Below are positions 37,996 through 47,763 of a DNA stretch of 64,000 bases, piece after piece (position 1 is the first letter of the stretch; every line of letters starts with the position of its first letter). The position numbers and the translations under genes were made by a program. Under the pieces are notes generated by a model. The model was not told where the DNA came from. It searched no databases and saw only the letters and a list, made by a program, of their open reading frames with translations. Source of the stretch: Marispirochaeta sp. (lineage in GTDB: Bacteria > Spirochaetota > Spirochaetia > JC444 > Marispirochaetaceae); NCBI GenBank assembly GCA_963676835.2, contig CAXXFF010000002.1, positions 448,001-512,000 on the forward strand. The letters run 5' to 3'.

Positions 37996-38841
37996 ATGAT
38001 GCAGCAGTTTTTATCGTATACATACTATCTTCTTCTCGGCGTACTTATATTCAACCTAACCCAGCGTAAACATCAGGATCATGGCGAGAAAAAACGTCTT
38101 GCCAGCCTTTTTACCGCCGGCGGAATACTTCTATTTCTGACGACCATGCAGACAGTCATCCATTTTCAACTGATTCCCTGGGGATATGCTGCCGCAACAG
38201 CAGTTACAGCCCTTTATTACTGGCTGCTTAGAAAAAAAATTGCCCTTTTCAGGCTTAACTGCCCGGAATGCGGCAGCCGCTACTCCTGGAACAGTATCTT
38301 CTACTACGATAACCCCACTTGCGCTTGCACAACGGAAGTTCCTGAAGTGCCCGCAAGTGTTGACGATGTTGACTGGGACACCTGGAAAGCCAAAGAGGAG
38401 GCAGTTCTCTGTTTTATTGTAAAAGAGGGTCAGGTTCTGCTTATCAACAAGAAAACCGGCCTTGGTGCGGGTAAGGTAAGCGCCCCCGGAGGCCGGGTGG
38501 AACCGGGAGAAACTCCCGAAGAGGCAGCCATCCGGGAAACCATTGAAGAAACCGGGCTGACTCCGTCAAACCTGGAAGAGCGGACAGAGCTCTGCTTTAT
38601 CTTCGCCGACGGGTACTCCCTCCACGGCCGGGCATTCTTTGCCACCGACTGCAGCGGAGAAATGGTGGAAACCGATGAAGCCGATCCTTTCTGGTGCAGC
38701 GTTGAAGAAATCCCCTTTGATAAAATGTGGGCCGACGATCCCCTCTGGATACCCGGCGCCCTGGAGGGAGAAAAAAAGAAGGGCGTTTTCATTTTTGACG
38801 GGGATACCATGCTGAGTCACCGTTTTGAAAAGAAAAGCTGA
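37996..38841 (+). CDS. Membrane-anchored Nudix hydrolase (MTH1/8-oxo-dGTPase-like C-terminus)
   Basis: Three N-terminal TMs, CPECG...CAC, KKTGLGAGK, Nudix box GGRVEPGETPEEAAIRETIEETG, MWADD..W. Confidence 0.8.
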   Translation: MMQQFLSYTYYLLLGVLIFNLTQRKHQDHGEKKRLASLFTAGGILLFLTTMQTVIHFQLIPWGYAAATAVTALYYWLLRKKIALFRLNCPECGSRYSWNSIFYYDNPTCACTTEVPEVPASVDDVDWDTWKAKEEAVLCFIVKEGQVLLINKKTGLGAGKVSAPGGRVEPGETPEEAAIRETIEETGLTPSNLEERTELCFIFADGYSLHGRAFFATDCSGEMVETDEADPFWCSVEEIPFDKMWADDPLWIPGALEGEKKKGVFIFDGDTMLSHRFEKKS

Positions 38842-38923
38842 CACCCCTGTGATTGCACTTGCATCCTAAAATGCATATCTTTGAATTATCGGAACCACAG
38901 GACAGAGATCAAATGGGGAGTAC

Positions 38924-39499
38924 ATGTTAGTAGAGGCAGAAATCTGGACAATTGCGAGAACAGATCAGGGCAACGCAGTCCTTGTTCGACCCACCGGCAG
39001 TGAATCAGCTGTTCCCATCTTTATAGGACAGCTTGAAGCTCAATCGATTCTTATCGGCCTCGGGAATGTGCCCATGCCCCGGCCCTTGACCCACGATCTT
39101 TTTCTCAATCTCCTGGCCACCCTGAACATCCAGCTGCAGAGAATTGAGATCACCGGCCTGAAAGAGGGGACTTTTTACGCCCAGATTATTCTCAAACCCG
39201 CATCCGGCGACGAAATGATCATCGACGCCAGGCCTTCCGATTCAATCGGAATAGCTGTCAGGGCAAAGTGTCCGGTTTTTATCGATGAAGCAATTGTGGA
39301 AGAGGCAGGAATTTCCGTCTCATCAGTAGGCGCCGGTGGCGAAGAGATAACAGCCAATCCCTACGAAACAGAGAAAAAGCGGCTGGAAGAAGAGCTGAAC
39401 AGGGCAGTTGAAGATGAAAATTATGAGGAAGCAGCCCGGCTCCGGGACAAGCTTCAGAAACTGACAGAGACCTTTCCCCAGGCAGACGAAGAAGAATAG
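38924..39499 (+). CDS. Bifunctional nuclease (DUF151) with UVR domain
   Basis: PIFIGQLEAQSI, RPLTHDL, DARPSD; C-terminal AVEDENYEEAARLRD. Confidence 0.92.
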   Translation: MLVEAEIWTIARTDQGNAVLVRPTGSESAVPIFIGQLEAQSILIGLGNVPMPRPLTHDLFLNLLATLNIQLQRIEITGLKEGTFYAQIILKPASGDEMIIDARPSDSIGIAVRAKCPVFIDEAIVEEAGISVSSVGAGGEEITANPYETEKKRLEEELNRAVEDENYEEAARLRDKLQKLTETFPQADEEE

Positions 39500-39500
39500 T

Positions 39501-39995
39501 TCAGGCAGACTGCAGGAGAGTACCGCTGCAGCCCAGTACGCTGCGCAGGATTTCCCTCAGAATATGTCCCTCACATGAGAGCAGCCTCCGCCGTGCATCG
39601 GGATGAATCAGATAGCGGGACAGCCTGGCAAGAATTTCCAGGTAGACCGCCTGCATTGAGGGTGGGTTTGCTGCAATAAACATCAGATGAACCGGCTCTC
39701 CATCGTAGGAACCATAGGAGATACCCGGGGAAGAGACACCCAGAAACAGATAGACATCTGTCAGGGAAGAAACCTTTCCATGGGCAATAGCCACGCCATG
39801 ACCCAGCCCGGTGGAGCCTTCCTCTTCCCGATGGAGTACTGCTTCTTTAAGGCTGTGAAGCCGGTCAAGTGACTGAAGGAGGGTAATCTCCCTGAACATT
39901 TCACTGATTGCATCTGTCTTGCTGCTGCTGCAAAGTGGTTTAAGAATGGAAGAATGGGGTAAAAGATGATGAAACCCTGAAAGATAGGTGTTCAT
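39501..39995 (-). CDS. PTS EIIA (Fru/Ntr-type) domain protein; start uncertain
   Basis: REEEGSTGLGHGVAIAHG, SYDGEPVHLMF. Confidence 0.85.
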   Translation of the reverse strand: MNTYLSGFHHLLPHSSILKPLCSSSKTDAISEMFREITLLQSLDRLHSLKEAVLHREEEGSTGLGHGVAIAHGKVSSLTDVYLFLGVSSPGISYGSYDGEPVHLMFIAANPPSMQAVYLEILARLSRYLIHPDARRRLLSCEGHILREILRSVLGCSGTLLQSA

Positions 39996-40072
39996 ACTTT
40001 GATTATCGGTAGAAAAATTCTCTATACTTAGTTGAGACAAAAAGGGATATACTTATTTTTACAGGACTGAAG

Positions 40073-41116
40073 ATGAGCGGCATAGATATACATAGCTTGC
40101 AGCAGAAATACGAAAAGAAAATTTTCGACCTGACCCAGCTTTTGGAGATAAGCCGTAGCCTTGCTTCAACCCTCGAATTCCCGGCTCTTATAGACTCCAT
40201 TCTCTACACCTGCATGAGCCGGATGAAGGTTCTGAATGTCGGCCTGTTTTTGAAAGATCATCTTCATCAGAACGCACTGGAACTCTACCGCAACTACAAG
40301 GGCTATAATGTAGATCACCGCAAATCCTACTCCATTCCCCTGGACTCCGACTGTGCAAAGATGTTCCTCTCCATGGGCCGGGCCTGTACCATGACAGAAA
40401 TTCTCGAACGGGCCCATCCCGATTCTCCTCAGCTTGCCATGATGAGTGAGCTGATGCCCTCATTGATTGTACCCCTCAGACTGAAAGATGATCTGATGGG
40501 TATTCTGATTCTCGGAGAGGGTCCCGATATAGACACCTTTTCAGCAGATCAGATTGAATATATCCAGACAATCTGTCTGTTTGCGGCGGCGGCTGTACAC
40601 AATGCAATCCTCTACGAAATGGCCACCACCGATATGATGACCCAGCTTCGTCTGCGCAATTTTTTCCTCTCCTCAATGAACAAGATTTTTGAGCAGACAG
40701 TACGGGAACAGACGACCCTTTCTATTATTTTTATTGATATTGACCATTTCAAGCGGCTGAATGACACCTACGGGCATGCCTGCGGGGATTATATGCTGAC
40801 CCAGGTAGCCGCCGTACTGCACAGCAGCATACGGAAGATCGATATCGGCTGCCGTTACGGCGGGGATGAGTGTATTATTCTCCTCCCGGGAGCCGGAATG
40901 GAGATGGCTACTGCTGTAGCGGAAAGAATCCGACGCCGTATAGAAAGCGGTGATTTTAGCTATGAAGGGGAAAAGCTCAGTACAACCATATCTGCCGGTG
41001 TTGCCGAGCTGGATATAAACCGGGACTTCACCTCTGAATCACTGATAAAACGAGCCGACCATGCCCTGTACCGGGCCAAGGAAAAAGGGCGAAACCAGAC
41101 GGTTCAGGCAGATTAA
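40073..41116 (+). CDS. GAF-GGDEF diguanylate cyclase
   Basis: DIDHFKRLNDTYGHACGD, I-site RKID, active site RYGGDEC, ADHALYRAK.KGRN. Confidence 0.88.
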   Translation: MSGIDIHSLQQKYEKKIFDLTQLLEISRSLASTLEFPALIDSILYTCMSRMKVLNVGLFLKDHLHQNALELYRNYKGYNVDHRKSYSIPLDSDCAKMFLSMGRACTMTEILERAHPDSPQLAMMSELMPSLIVPLRLKDDLMGILILGEGPDIDTFSADQIEYIQTICLFAAAAVHNAILYEMATTDMMTQLRLRNFFLSSMNKIFEQTVREQTTLSIIFIDIDHFKRLNDTYGHACGDYMLTQVAAVLHSSIRKIDIGCRYGGDECIILLPGAGMEMATAVAERIRRRIESGDFSYEGEKLSTTISAGVAELDINRDFTSESLIKRADHALYRAKEKGRNQTVQAD

Positions 41117-41117
41117 T

Positions 41118-41411
41118 ATGGCAAGACTAACCGTTCTTCCCGAGGGAAAAATCTATCCCCTGAATGCCAGCGTATCCATCCTCAATACCCTGCTGAGAAA
41201 CGGTCATTCCATAATGCACCGCTGCGGAGGCAAGGCCCAGTGCGGCACCTGCAGGATAAAGATTGTAGAAGGGGCAAAAATGAACAGGCCCGGGCCTGCG
41301 GAAATTACCCGTCTGGGAGAAAATGTACTAAAAGAGGGATACCGCCTCGCATGCCAGAGCTATGCCTGGGGGGATCTCGTAATTGAGATAGCCCCCCCGG
41401 ATGGGATCTGA
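41118..41411 (+). CDS. 2Fe-2S ferredoxin
   Basis: CGGKAQCGTC...RLACQ. Confidence 0.9.
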   Translation: MARLTVLPEGKIYPLNASVSILNTLLRNGHSIMHRCGGKAQCGTCRIKIVEGAKMNRPGPAEITRLGENVLKEGYRLACQSYAWGDLVIEIAPPDGI

Positions 41412-41446
41412 TTTTTACCTTTTTTTCAATTTACATCTTCCCGCTT

Positions 41447-42892
41447 TTACAGCTGCCGCAGCAGAATAAGCAGATAATTCCAGAAACGCTCCGTCGAAGG
41501 AATACTCACCTTCTCGTTGGGGCTGTGTGGTCCCCGGATATCGGGACCGAAGGAGATCATATCCATCCCCTTGATCTTGCTGTCGATTACTCCGCACTCC
41601 AGGCCTGCATGAATAACCGTAGTTACCGGTTCCCTGCCGTGGACCTCATGATAAATTCTGCGGGCCTCTGAAAGCAGCGGGGAATCCGGTTTCGGCTCCC
41701 ACGCAGGATACTCACTTTCATACTCAACCTCGCAGCCAAGAAGCTCCATGGCGGAGCGAACCTTGTTGCAGATAAAATCCCGTTTAAACTCCACCGCCGA
41801 ACGCTGACTGGTAAGAATATACAAGGAGGCATCCTCCGTCTGAACCGCAGCCAGGTTGGTTGAGGTTTCCACCACCCCTTTAATCAGGGGACTCATCTCG
41901 ACCACACCGTGGGGAATACTGAGAAGTCCGCGTATAATATCTGCTCCCCCCTCTATAATCCCGGAAGGAGCATCTTCCAGTGTGCGGACAGAAATTGAAA
42001 TCTGCCCATCTTCGGTATACAGCCTTCGGGCCTGCTGCTGCTTTACTTCCGCTTCTTTTTTAAGAGCCTCTAAAGCTTTTTCAGGCAGAGAAAAAACCGC
42101 CTCAAACTCCCGGGGAATGGCGTTGTGCTTGCCGCCTCCCCGCAGGGATACAAGCTGCATATCCCTGATACAGGAGGAAAAGATAACCTGAGCTCCTAAC
42201 TGAATGGCATTGCCCAGGTGCCGGTGAATTTCTCCGCCGGAATGTCCCCCGAAAAGACCTTCCACCCGCAGTGCCACAGTTTTATTGTCCCCTGGCGCAG
42301 GAAGCAGCTGCAGTTTTCGCTTTCCCGAGGTGTTTCTGCCCCCAGCACAGCCGAAGTAGAAGATGCCCTCCTCTTCGGAATCCATATTTATCAGCCGCCG
42401 CCCCCGGATAATATCCGGAGTAAGCCCCATAGCCCCATTGAGTCCGGTCTCCTCGTCTACCGTAAAAAGAGCCTCAAGGGGAGGATGCTCGAGCTTTTTG
42501 TCTGCCAGAACCGCAAGGGCTGCGGCAACACCAACTCCGTTATCGGCACCCAGGGTGGTACCGTCGCCTTTCAGCCAGTCACCATCCTGAAGAATCCGGA
42601 TTGGATCCTTTTCAAAATCATGAACTGTACCGTCATTCTTTTCACAGACCATATCGAGATGGCCCTGAAGAACCAGGGCAGGATGATCCTCATATCCCGG
42701 AGAGCCAGGCTTGGAGACAACCACGCTGCCGACAGCATCCCGCCGGGCTTCCAGACCATGCTTTTCGGCAAAAGCCAGAATATACTCCGCCAGGGCATCT
42801 TCGTTGCCCGAGCCGTGGGGAATGGAACAGATATCTTCAAAATAGGGCCATAAAGGGGCTTTAAACCCAGCCCCTGCACTTAAACCAGCCAT
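41447..42892 (-). CDS. pepD: Aminoacyl-histidine dipeptidase (M20)
   Basis: QGHLDMVCEK, TLGADNG, DEETG, DSEEEG, GGHSG, HAGLECG, HSPNE. Confidence 0.95.
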   Translation of the reverse strand: MAGLSAGAGFKAPLWPYFEDICSIPHGSGNEDALAEYILAFAEKHGLEARRDAVGSVVVSKPGSPGYEDHPALVLQGHLDMVCEKNDGTVHDFEKDPIRILQDGDWLKGDGTTLGADNGVGVAAALAVLADKKLEHPPLEALFTVDEETGLNGAMGLTPDIIRGRRLINMDSEEEGIFYFGCAGGRNTSGKRKLQLLPAPGDNKTVALRVEGLFGGHSGGEIHRHLGNAIQLGAQVIFSSCIRDMQLVSLRGGGKHNAIPREFEAVFSLPEKALEALKKEAEVKQQQARRLYTEDGQISISVRTLEDAPSGIIEGGADIIRGLLSIPHGVVEMSPLIKGVVETSTNLAAVQTEDASLYILTSQRSAVEFKRDFICNKVRSAMELLGCEVEYESEYPAWEPKPDSPLLSEARRIYHEVHGREPVTTVIHAGLECGVIDSKIKGMDMISFGPDIRGPHSPNEKVSIPSTERFWNYLLILLRQL

Positions 42893-42971
42893 TGGTAGAA
42901 CACCTCACATAAAATCCTGATTCTACCATATAGTACCATATCAGCGAAAAATCATCACCTGGGGCTTCTTC

Positions 42972-44318
42972 CTACATGGCTGAGCCGATCATTTTTTCCG
43001 GTAACCAGGTTATAATTTCAGGGAAGACAGTACAGAGAACCAGCGTCAGCATTATAATACCGACGAAAGGAATGACACCTTTAATAATATGCGCCATAGT
43101 AACCCCTGTTTCCGGAGGCGCAGTTCCCTTCATGACAAAAATCGACATTGCCATAGGCGGAGTCTGAAAAGCCATCTGGAGATTTATACAGATCATCATT
43201 CCGGCCCATAGAGGATTGAATCCAAGCTCAACCAGAATCGGAGAGAAGATCGGCACAATAATAAAAACAATTCCAATCCATTCTATAAACAATCCAAGCA
43301 GAAAAACGATGAACATAATAACGAAAAATGAGGCCCAGCGGCCGCCGGGGACTGAAAGAATCATGTTCGCCACGACATCTCCGGCACCGGCACTCATAAA
43401 AATACCCACAAACGCGTAACAGAGCGCAGCTATCATCACAACAAAGGATGCAACCCGCAAGGTTTCCAGTGAGGCATGTTTGATCAGTTTCCAGCTGAAC
43501 TTTCTATAGGCAATTGCCAGAATGATCGATGCTGTACAGCCCATGGCTGCTGCTTCAGTGGGCGGCGCTATTCCAGTGAAAATAGTACCCAAAACTGCCA
43601 TAATCAGCAGTACCGGCGGCAGAAGTGACTTCAAAAGCTTGACGAGCTTTTCCATCGAGAAAGGTGTGATCTGGTCTTCAGGAATAGCTGGACCAAGAGA
43701 AGGATTCAGTGCACATCGGACAACAACATAGGTTATATACAGTCCGGACAGGATCAATCCTGGAAACACTGCACCCATAAACATTTGCCCGATGGAAATT
43801 CCAGCCTGAGGGCCATAAACAACAAGCATGATACTGGGAGGGATCAGAATACCAAGAGTACCTGCGGCAACGATGGCACCCGAGGCAAGTGAACGATCAT
43901 ATCCCCGCTCAATCATCGGCCCAAGGGCAATCAAGGTCAGGATAGTAACTGATGCGGCAATCACCCCAAGGCAGGCAGCGAGGACAGTTCCAAAAACTAT
44001 TGTAACAACGAGCAGCCCACCGCGAATACGTCCCAGCGCTTCATAGAGACTTGTATACAGATCTTTAGTGATCCCTGAGTGCTGTAGTATCACCCCCATG
44101 AAAGTAAACAGCGGAACAGCCAGATACGGATAGTTCAGGGAAAGATCGTAAAACCGGCTGTAAAGAATGTGAAATGTAGTTGTTGGCCCGAATACAATAA
44201 GACCAATAAAAAAAGCTACACTTCCGATAACAAATGCTATGGGAAACCCGGTGAGAACCAATCCGAACACCCCGCCCAGCATTAAAACGGCAACTAATTC
44301 AGCGCTTAATTCAATCAA
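42972..44318 (-). CDS. dctM: TRAP transporter large permease
   Basis: LAVPLF, GTLGILIPPS, TPPMA; TTG start with GAGGTG RBS overlapping the dctQ stop. Confidence 0.92.
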   Translation of the reverse strand: MIELSAELVAVLMLGGVFGLVLTGFPIAFVIGSVAFFIGLIVFGPTTTFHILYSRFYDLSLNYPYLAVPLFTFMGVILQHSGITKDLYTSLYEALGRIRGGLLVVTIVFGTVLAACLGVIAASVTILTLIALGPMIERGYDRSLASGAIVAAGTLGILIPPSIMLVVYGPQAGISIGQMFMGAVFPGLILSGLYITYVVVRCALNPSLGPAIPEDQITPFSMEKLVKLLKSLLPPVLLIMAVLGTIFTGIAPPTEAAAMGCTASIILAIAYRKFSWKLIKHASLETLRVASFVVMIAALCYAFVGIFMSAGAGDVVANMILSVPGGRWASFFVIMFIVFLLGLFIEWIGIVFIIVPIFSPILVELGFNPLWAGMMICINLQMAFQTPPMAMSIFVMKGTAPPETGVTMAHIIKGVIPFVGIIMLTLVLCTVFPEIITWLPEKMIGSAM

Positions 44319-44829
44319 TGGATTCACCTCGTATGACCATATACAGATTCCTGACAAGGCCTGCCAGGCCTTGAAGAATCAGCAGTAAAAGACCAACGGC
44401 GAAAATAGTCCGGTAAGGACCGGCCGGAGGGTACCAGAAACTATTGAACATAACCTCATGGATTTTCCATGCTTTGACCGCCCACTCTAAAGCTAGTACA
44501 AACATGACAGTGATCAGTGGAAAGAAAAAAAGTAAGGAACAGATTACATCAATCAGAGCACGAATTCTTGGTGAGAACTGAGAATATATCAGATCTACCC
44601 TGGTATGGGCATCATGAAGCAAGTCAAATGATGCGCCGAGAAGATATGTTGCCCCCCCAGCCATACACAGAGAATCATAGGACCAGATAGTTGGGGCATT
44701 GAAAAAGTGGCGTGAAACTGTTTCATAGGTACCGATCAGTACCAGGAGAAATGCAAACCACTTCCCCACGGATCCTGCTTTCTCACTTATTCCATCCACA
44801 ATTTTGAGTGCCTTTCGCAAAACGAACAT
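44311..44829 (-). CDS. dctQ: TRAP transporter small permease
   Basis: RHFFNAPTIW, HTRVDLIY; 4 TMs; GGAGG RBS. Confidence 0.9.
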   Translation of the reverse strand: MFVLRKALKIVDGISEKAGSVGKWFAFLLVLIGTYETVSRHFFNAPTIWSYDSLCMAGGATYLLGASFDLLHDAHTRVDLIYSQFSPRIRALIDVICSLLFFFPLITVMFVLALEWAVKAWKIHEVMFNSFWYPPAGPYRTIFAVGLLLLILQGLAGLVRNLYMVIRGESID

Positions 44830-44893
44830 AAAATCCTCCAAAATCAGGAAATTCCCGGAGTTCATCGACTCCGGGAAACGCGCTTCTTCTCTC

Positions 44894-45967
44894 CTACTTA
44901 ATAGCTGTGTAGGATTCCCCGAAGGATTTCATGGAGTTGTAGATTTCTGCAAAGATTGGAGGTTCGGTTTTTGATTTCTCGTCATAAAACTTCCCAGCTT
45001 CTTTTATAAGTGCATCTGCAACTTCCCCCGGCAGCTTGTAGACTTCATTACCAGCTTCCTTGAATTTCTCCACCGCCTTGATAGACTCATTAACCAGATA
45101 CTCATGCTGAGCCTGAGTCCAGTAGGCGACTTCTGCCTGGACAATACGCTGCAAATCTGCCGGCAGGGCATTAAATGCTTCCTTGTTTACAAAGAAAACC
45201 TGGGGATCGCTGGGTGCCCGGGAAGGGGAAAGAATTACATATTTTGCAACCTCATTAAAATGCATCTCCCAGTTTGAAGCCAGAGTTGAATATTCCATAG
45301 CATCAATAGTACCCCGCTGCATGGCTTCATAGAGTTCGCCTCCCGGGATGATTACAGTCGCAGCTCCCATTCGTTTAAGAATTTCACCGCCATCACCCAT
45401 ACATCGAGCCTTCAACCCCTGGATATCTGCAAGAGAGTCGATTCTGACTTTTGAATGGAAGAATACTTCTTCCGGGAGAGGAGAAAGTGCTCCGGGGAAG
45501 GTCATCACATTGTAATCTCCCATCATCTTGTTCAACAGGTCAGCACCACCTGCGAAGTCAAACCATGTGCGTAATGCTTCGCCTGGCAGACCTGCCGGGC
45601 GGGAACTTATAAGGCCGGCAGCAGACCATTTGTCCAGGTTATACATCGGACAGGTGTAAGCCATCTGCAGAACCCCTTCATTGACCGCATCAAGCTCCTT
45701 GTATGCGGGGACAATGGATCCACCCACAAAGGGTTTGACTTCCAAGCGGCCTCCGGACGCCTCGGTTATTGCCTTACAACACTTGTCATGATAGATTTGT
45801 GACGGGTCTGTAGCAGGACCATGACCGGAAGATTTCCAAACAATCTTCTCTACCGCCTTTGCCGGTGTGGCGCCGGCCTGGGCGGTTTCTGTTTTCTGAC
45901 ATGAGAGAAAAGCAAAGCTCAGTAAAAATAGAACCGCCAGTCCCGTCAGTTTTTTTCGTGTTACCAT
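44894..45967 (-). CDS. dctP: TRAP substrate-binding lipoprotein
   Basis: Lipobox FLSC; SGGRLEV, GLKAR, GELYEAMQRGTIDAMEY; AGGAGG RBS. Confidence 0.92.
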   Translation of the reverse strand: MVTRKKLTGLAVLFLLSFAFLSCQKTETAQAGATPAKAVEKIVWKSSGHGPATDPSQIYHDKCCKAITEASGGRLEVKPFVGGSIVPAYKELDAVNEGVLQMAYTCPMYNLDKWSAAGLISSRPAGLPGEALRTWFDFAGGADLLNKMMGDYNVMTFPGALSPLPEEVFFHSKVRIDSLADIQGLKARCMGDGGEILKRMGAATVIIPGGELYEAMQRGTIDAMEYSTLASNWEMHFNEVAKYVILSPSRAPSDPQVFFVNKEAFNALPADLQRIVQAEVAYWTQAQHEYLVNESIKAVEKFKEAGNEVYKLPGEVADALIKEAGKFYDEKSKTEPPIFAEIYNSMKSFGESYTAIK

Positions 45968-46041
45968 TAGTAACCTCCTGTTTCTTTTCTGTATTAAAAG
46001 ACTCATTGAGTCCCTAATCACCAGTAAATCGGGCATAAAAT

Positions 46042-46872
46042 CTAATCTATGAACAATGAGGATCCCGTTCTATTGTGAAAAAACCGGCTGCTTGATGACC
46101 CGAGAATATCCATAGCTTTCTGACCGGTACAATGTGAAACACCAATAACCTGGATCCTTTGCCCACCCAGATACTCGAGAGATTTCTCCAGGCTCTCATC
46201 AGAGGATTCAACCAGGTGAGTTCCCCCAAGCACTGCATAAATGGGCCGTTCAAACAATGAAGAGACAGTTTCCAACATATTTTTCATTCCCGGATGTGAA
46301 CAGCCGAGAACAACAACTACCCCTTTAGGGGTATCAACAGCTAAAAGAACTTCATCCTCGAATTTATCCTCCACAAAAACATTGTTCCTTCGAAGGACAA
46401 ATCGCGGGTTGATAACCTCATCTGCGTTGGTCCTGTTGAATCTGGTTATGACATAAACTCCAGGAGTAATTTCCGTAATTTGTTTTTCTGCAAAGCGGTA
46501 TGGAACCATTTGTTTCTTTAGATACTCTTCATCAAAATCGTTCCCAAGGAACTCATGGGAGTCATTAAAAACGGCGTACTTCGGTTCAAAAAAGCCCTGC
46601 CCCATTACAAGCTCAAACCCAGGAAACGTATCAACAAGTGCCTGCAGGCCGCCACTATGATCATAGTGACCATGGCTTAGAACAACATGGGTTAATTTCC
46701 CAAGGTCGAGACCGAGTTTTGCTGCATTTGTTATAAAGCTTGAAGACTGGCCGGTATCAAAAAGAATTGAATGCATCTCATTCTCAATAAGAAATGAAAT
46801 TCCATGCTCAACTCTTAGGGAAAGATGCTCACCCCGACTGTTCTCAATTAGTGTTGTAATCCTCATTGCCAT
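46042..46872 (-). CDS. MBL-fold metallo-hydrolase (MJ0301/DHPS-like subgroup)
   Basis: EHGIS, ILFDTGQ, SHGHYDHSGG, GCSHPG, GGTHL, HCTG. Confidence 0.88.
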   Translation of the reverse strand: MAMRITTLIENSRGEHLSLRVEHGISFLIENEMHSILFDTGQSSSFITNAAKLGLDLGKLTHVVLSHGHYDHSGGLQALVDTFPGFELVMGQGFFEPKYAVFNDSHEFLGNDFDEEYLKKQMVPYRFAEKQITEITPGVYVITRFNRTNADEVINPRFVLRRNNVFVEDKFEDEVLLAVDTPKGVVVVLGCSHPGMKNMLETVSSLFERPIYAVLGGTHLVESSDESLEKSLEYLGGQRIQVIGVSHCTGQKAMDILGSSSSRFFHNRTGSSLFID

Positions 46873-46880
46873 GAAACCTC

Positions 46881-47588
46881 CTATACTTCCGGCTGTTTTT
46901 CCATTGAACTATGAATATCATTCATGGCATTCCGCAGGTGCTCTGTCATTGCTTTCTCCGCATTTTCCGGAGCATGATCTTTTACCGCCTGCAGTATAAG
47001 AAAGTGTTCATCTATGGTTTTTTCCACTCGTCCCGGTATATGCAGTGTAGATATCCATCCTTCTGAAAGAGACTCTGCCATAGCCTTCATAAGCAGATAC
47101 AGTGTTCTGTTCTTTGTCGCCTTTGCAACCAACCGATGAAACTCCTCATCACACTTAACCAGACCAGCGGTATTACTGCTTCGAGAGTTAGCTACAAAAT
47201 CGTTGTATACCTGTTCCAAAGCATCAATATCCTGATCATCCGCCTTTTCCGCCGCATATGCTGCTGCTTTGGGATCAATCATCAGCCGGACTTCGAAATG
47301 TTCGATAATTGACTGCTTATTGCTTCTAAGCCAGTCACAAAAACTGGAAAATGGCTCCTCCACCGGCTCGGTAATGAAAATTCCTTTTCCATGCTCAACC
47401 CGGACTTTACCGGTTGCCTCCAGGATCCGTACCGCTTCTCTTACCGAGGAGCGGCTTACTTTCAGCTTGGTTGTCAGCTGGTTCTCTGAATAAAATTTAT
47501 CGCCAGGGGAAAAACCATCATTGCTGATCATTTCGGTAATTGCGTTGATGACTTGCTCGGAAAGTCGAATTTTGGTTATGGGCTCCAT
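46881..47588 (-). CDS. FadR/GntR family regulator (FCD domain)
   Basis: SENQL...VSRSSVREA, G.GIF, DEEFH, EHF.I, M.EHL. Confidence 0.93.
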   Translation of the reverse strand: MEPITKIRLSEQVINAITEMISNDGFSPGDKFYSENQLTTKLKVSRSSVREAVRILEATGKVRVEHGKGIFITEPVEEPFSSFCDWLRSNKQSIIEHFEVRLMIDPKAAAYAAEKADDQDIDALEQVYNDFVANSRSSNTAGLVKCDEEFHRLVAKATKNRTLYLLMKAMAESLSEGWISTLHIPGRVEKTIDEHFLILQAVKDHAPENAEKAMTEHLRNAMNDIHSSMEKQPEV

Positions 47589-47634
47589 GATTCTCTCTTC
47601 ATGTAAATCTACTCTGTTACTGAGTCACTCTTCT

Positions 47635-47679
47635 ACTCATCAGACAAGTTAGCATAAACCTGGAATCCTCCAATGTCAA
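47635..47679 (-). promoter_or_regulatory. Promoter and FadR-type operator of the FadR-MBL-dctPQM operon
   Basis: Minus strand TTGACA-17-TATGCT; imperfect palindrome ACTCATCAGACAAGT (47635-47649) over the predicted start site. Confidence 0.6.
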
Positions 47680-47763
47680 CAATTACTTTTCGCCTTCCAC
47701 CGATCTCTGCCCATGTGAATTCCGCTTGACCTCTCAATAAAGCTGGCATAGAGTTCTCTTCAT

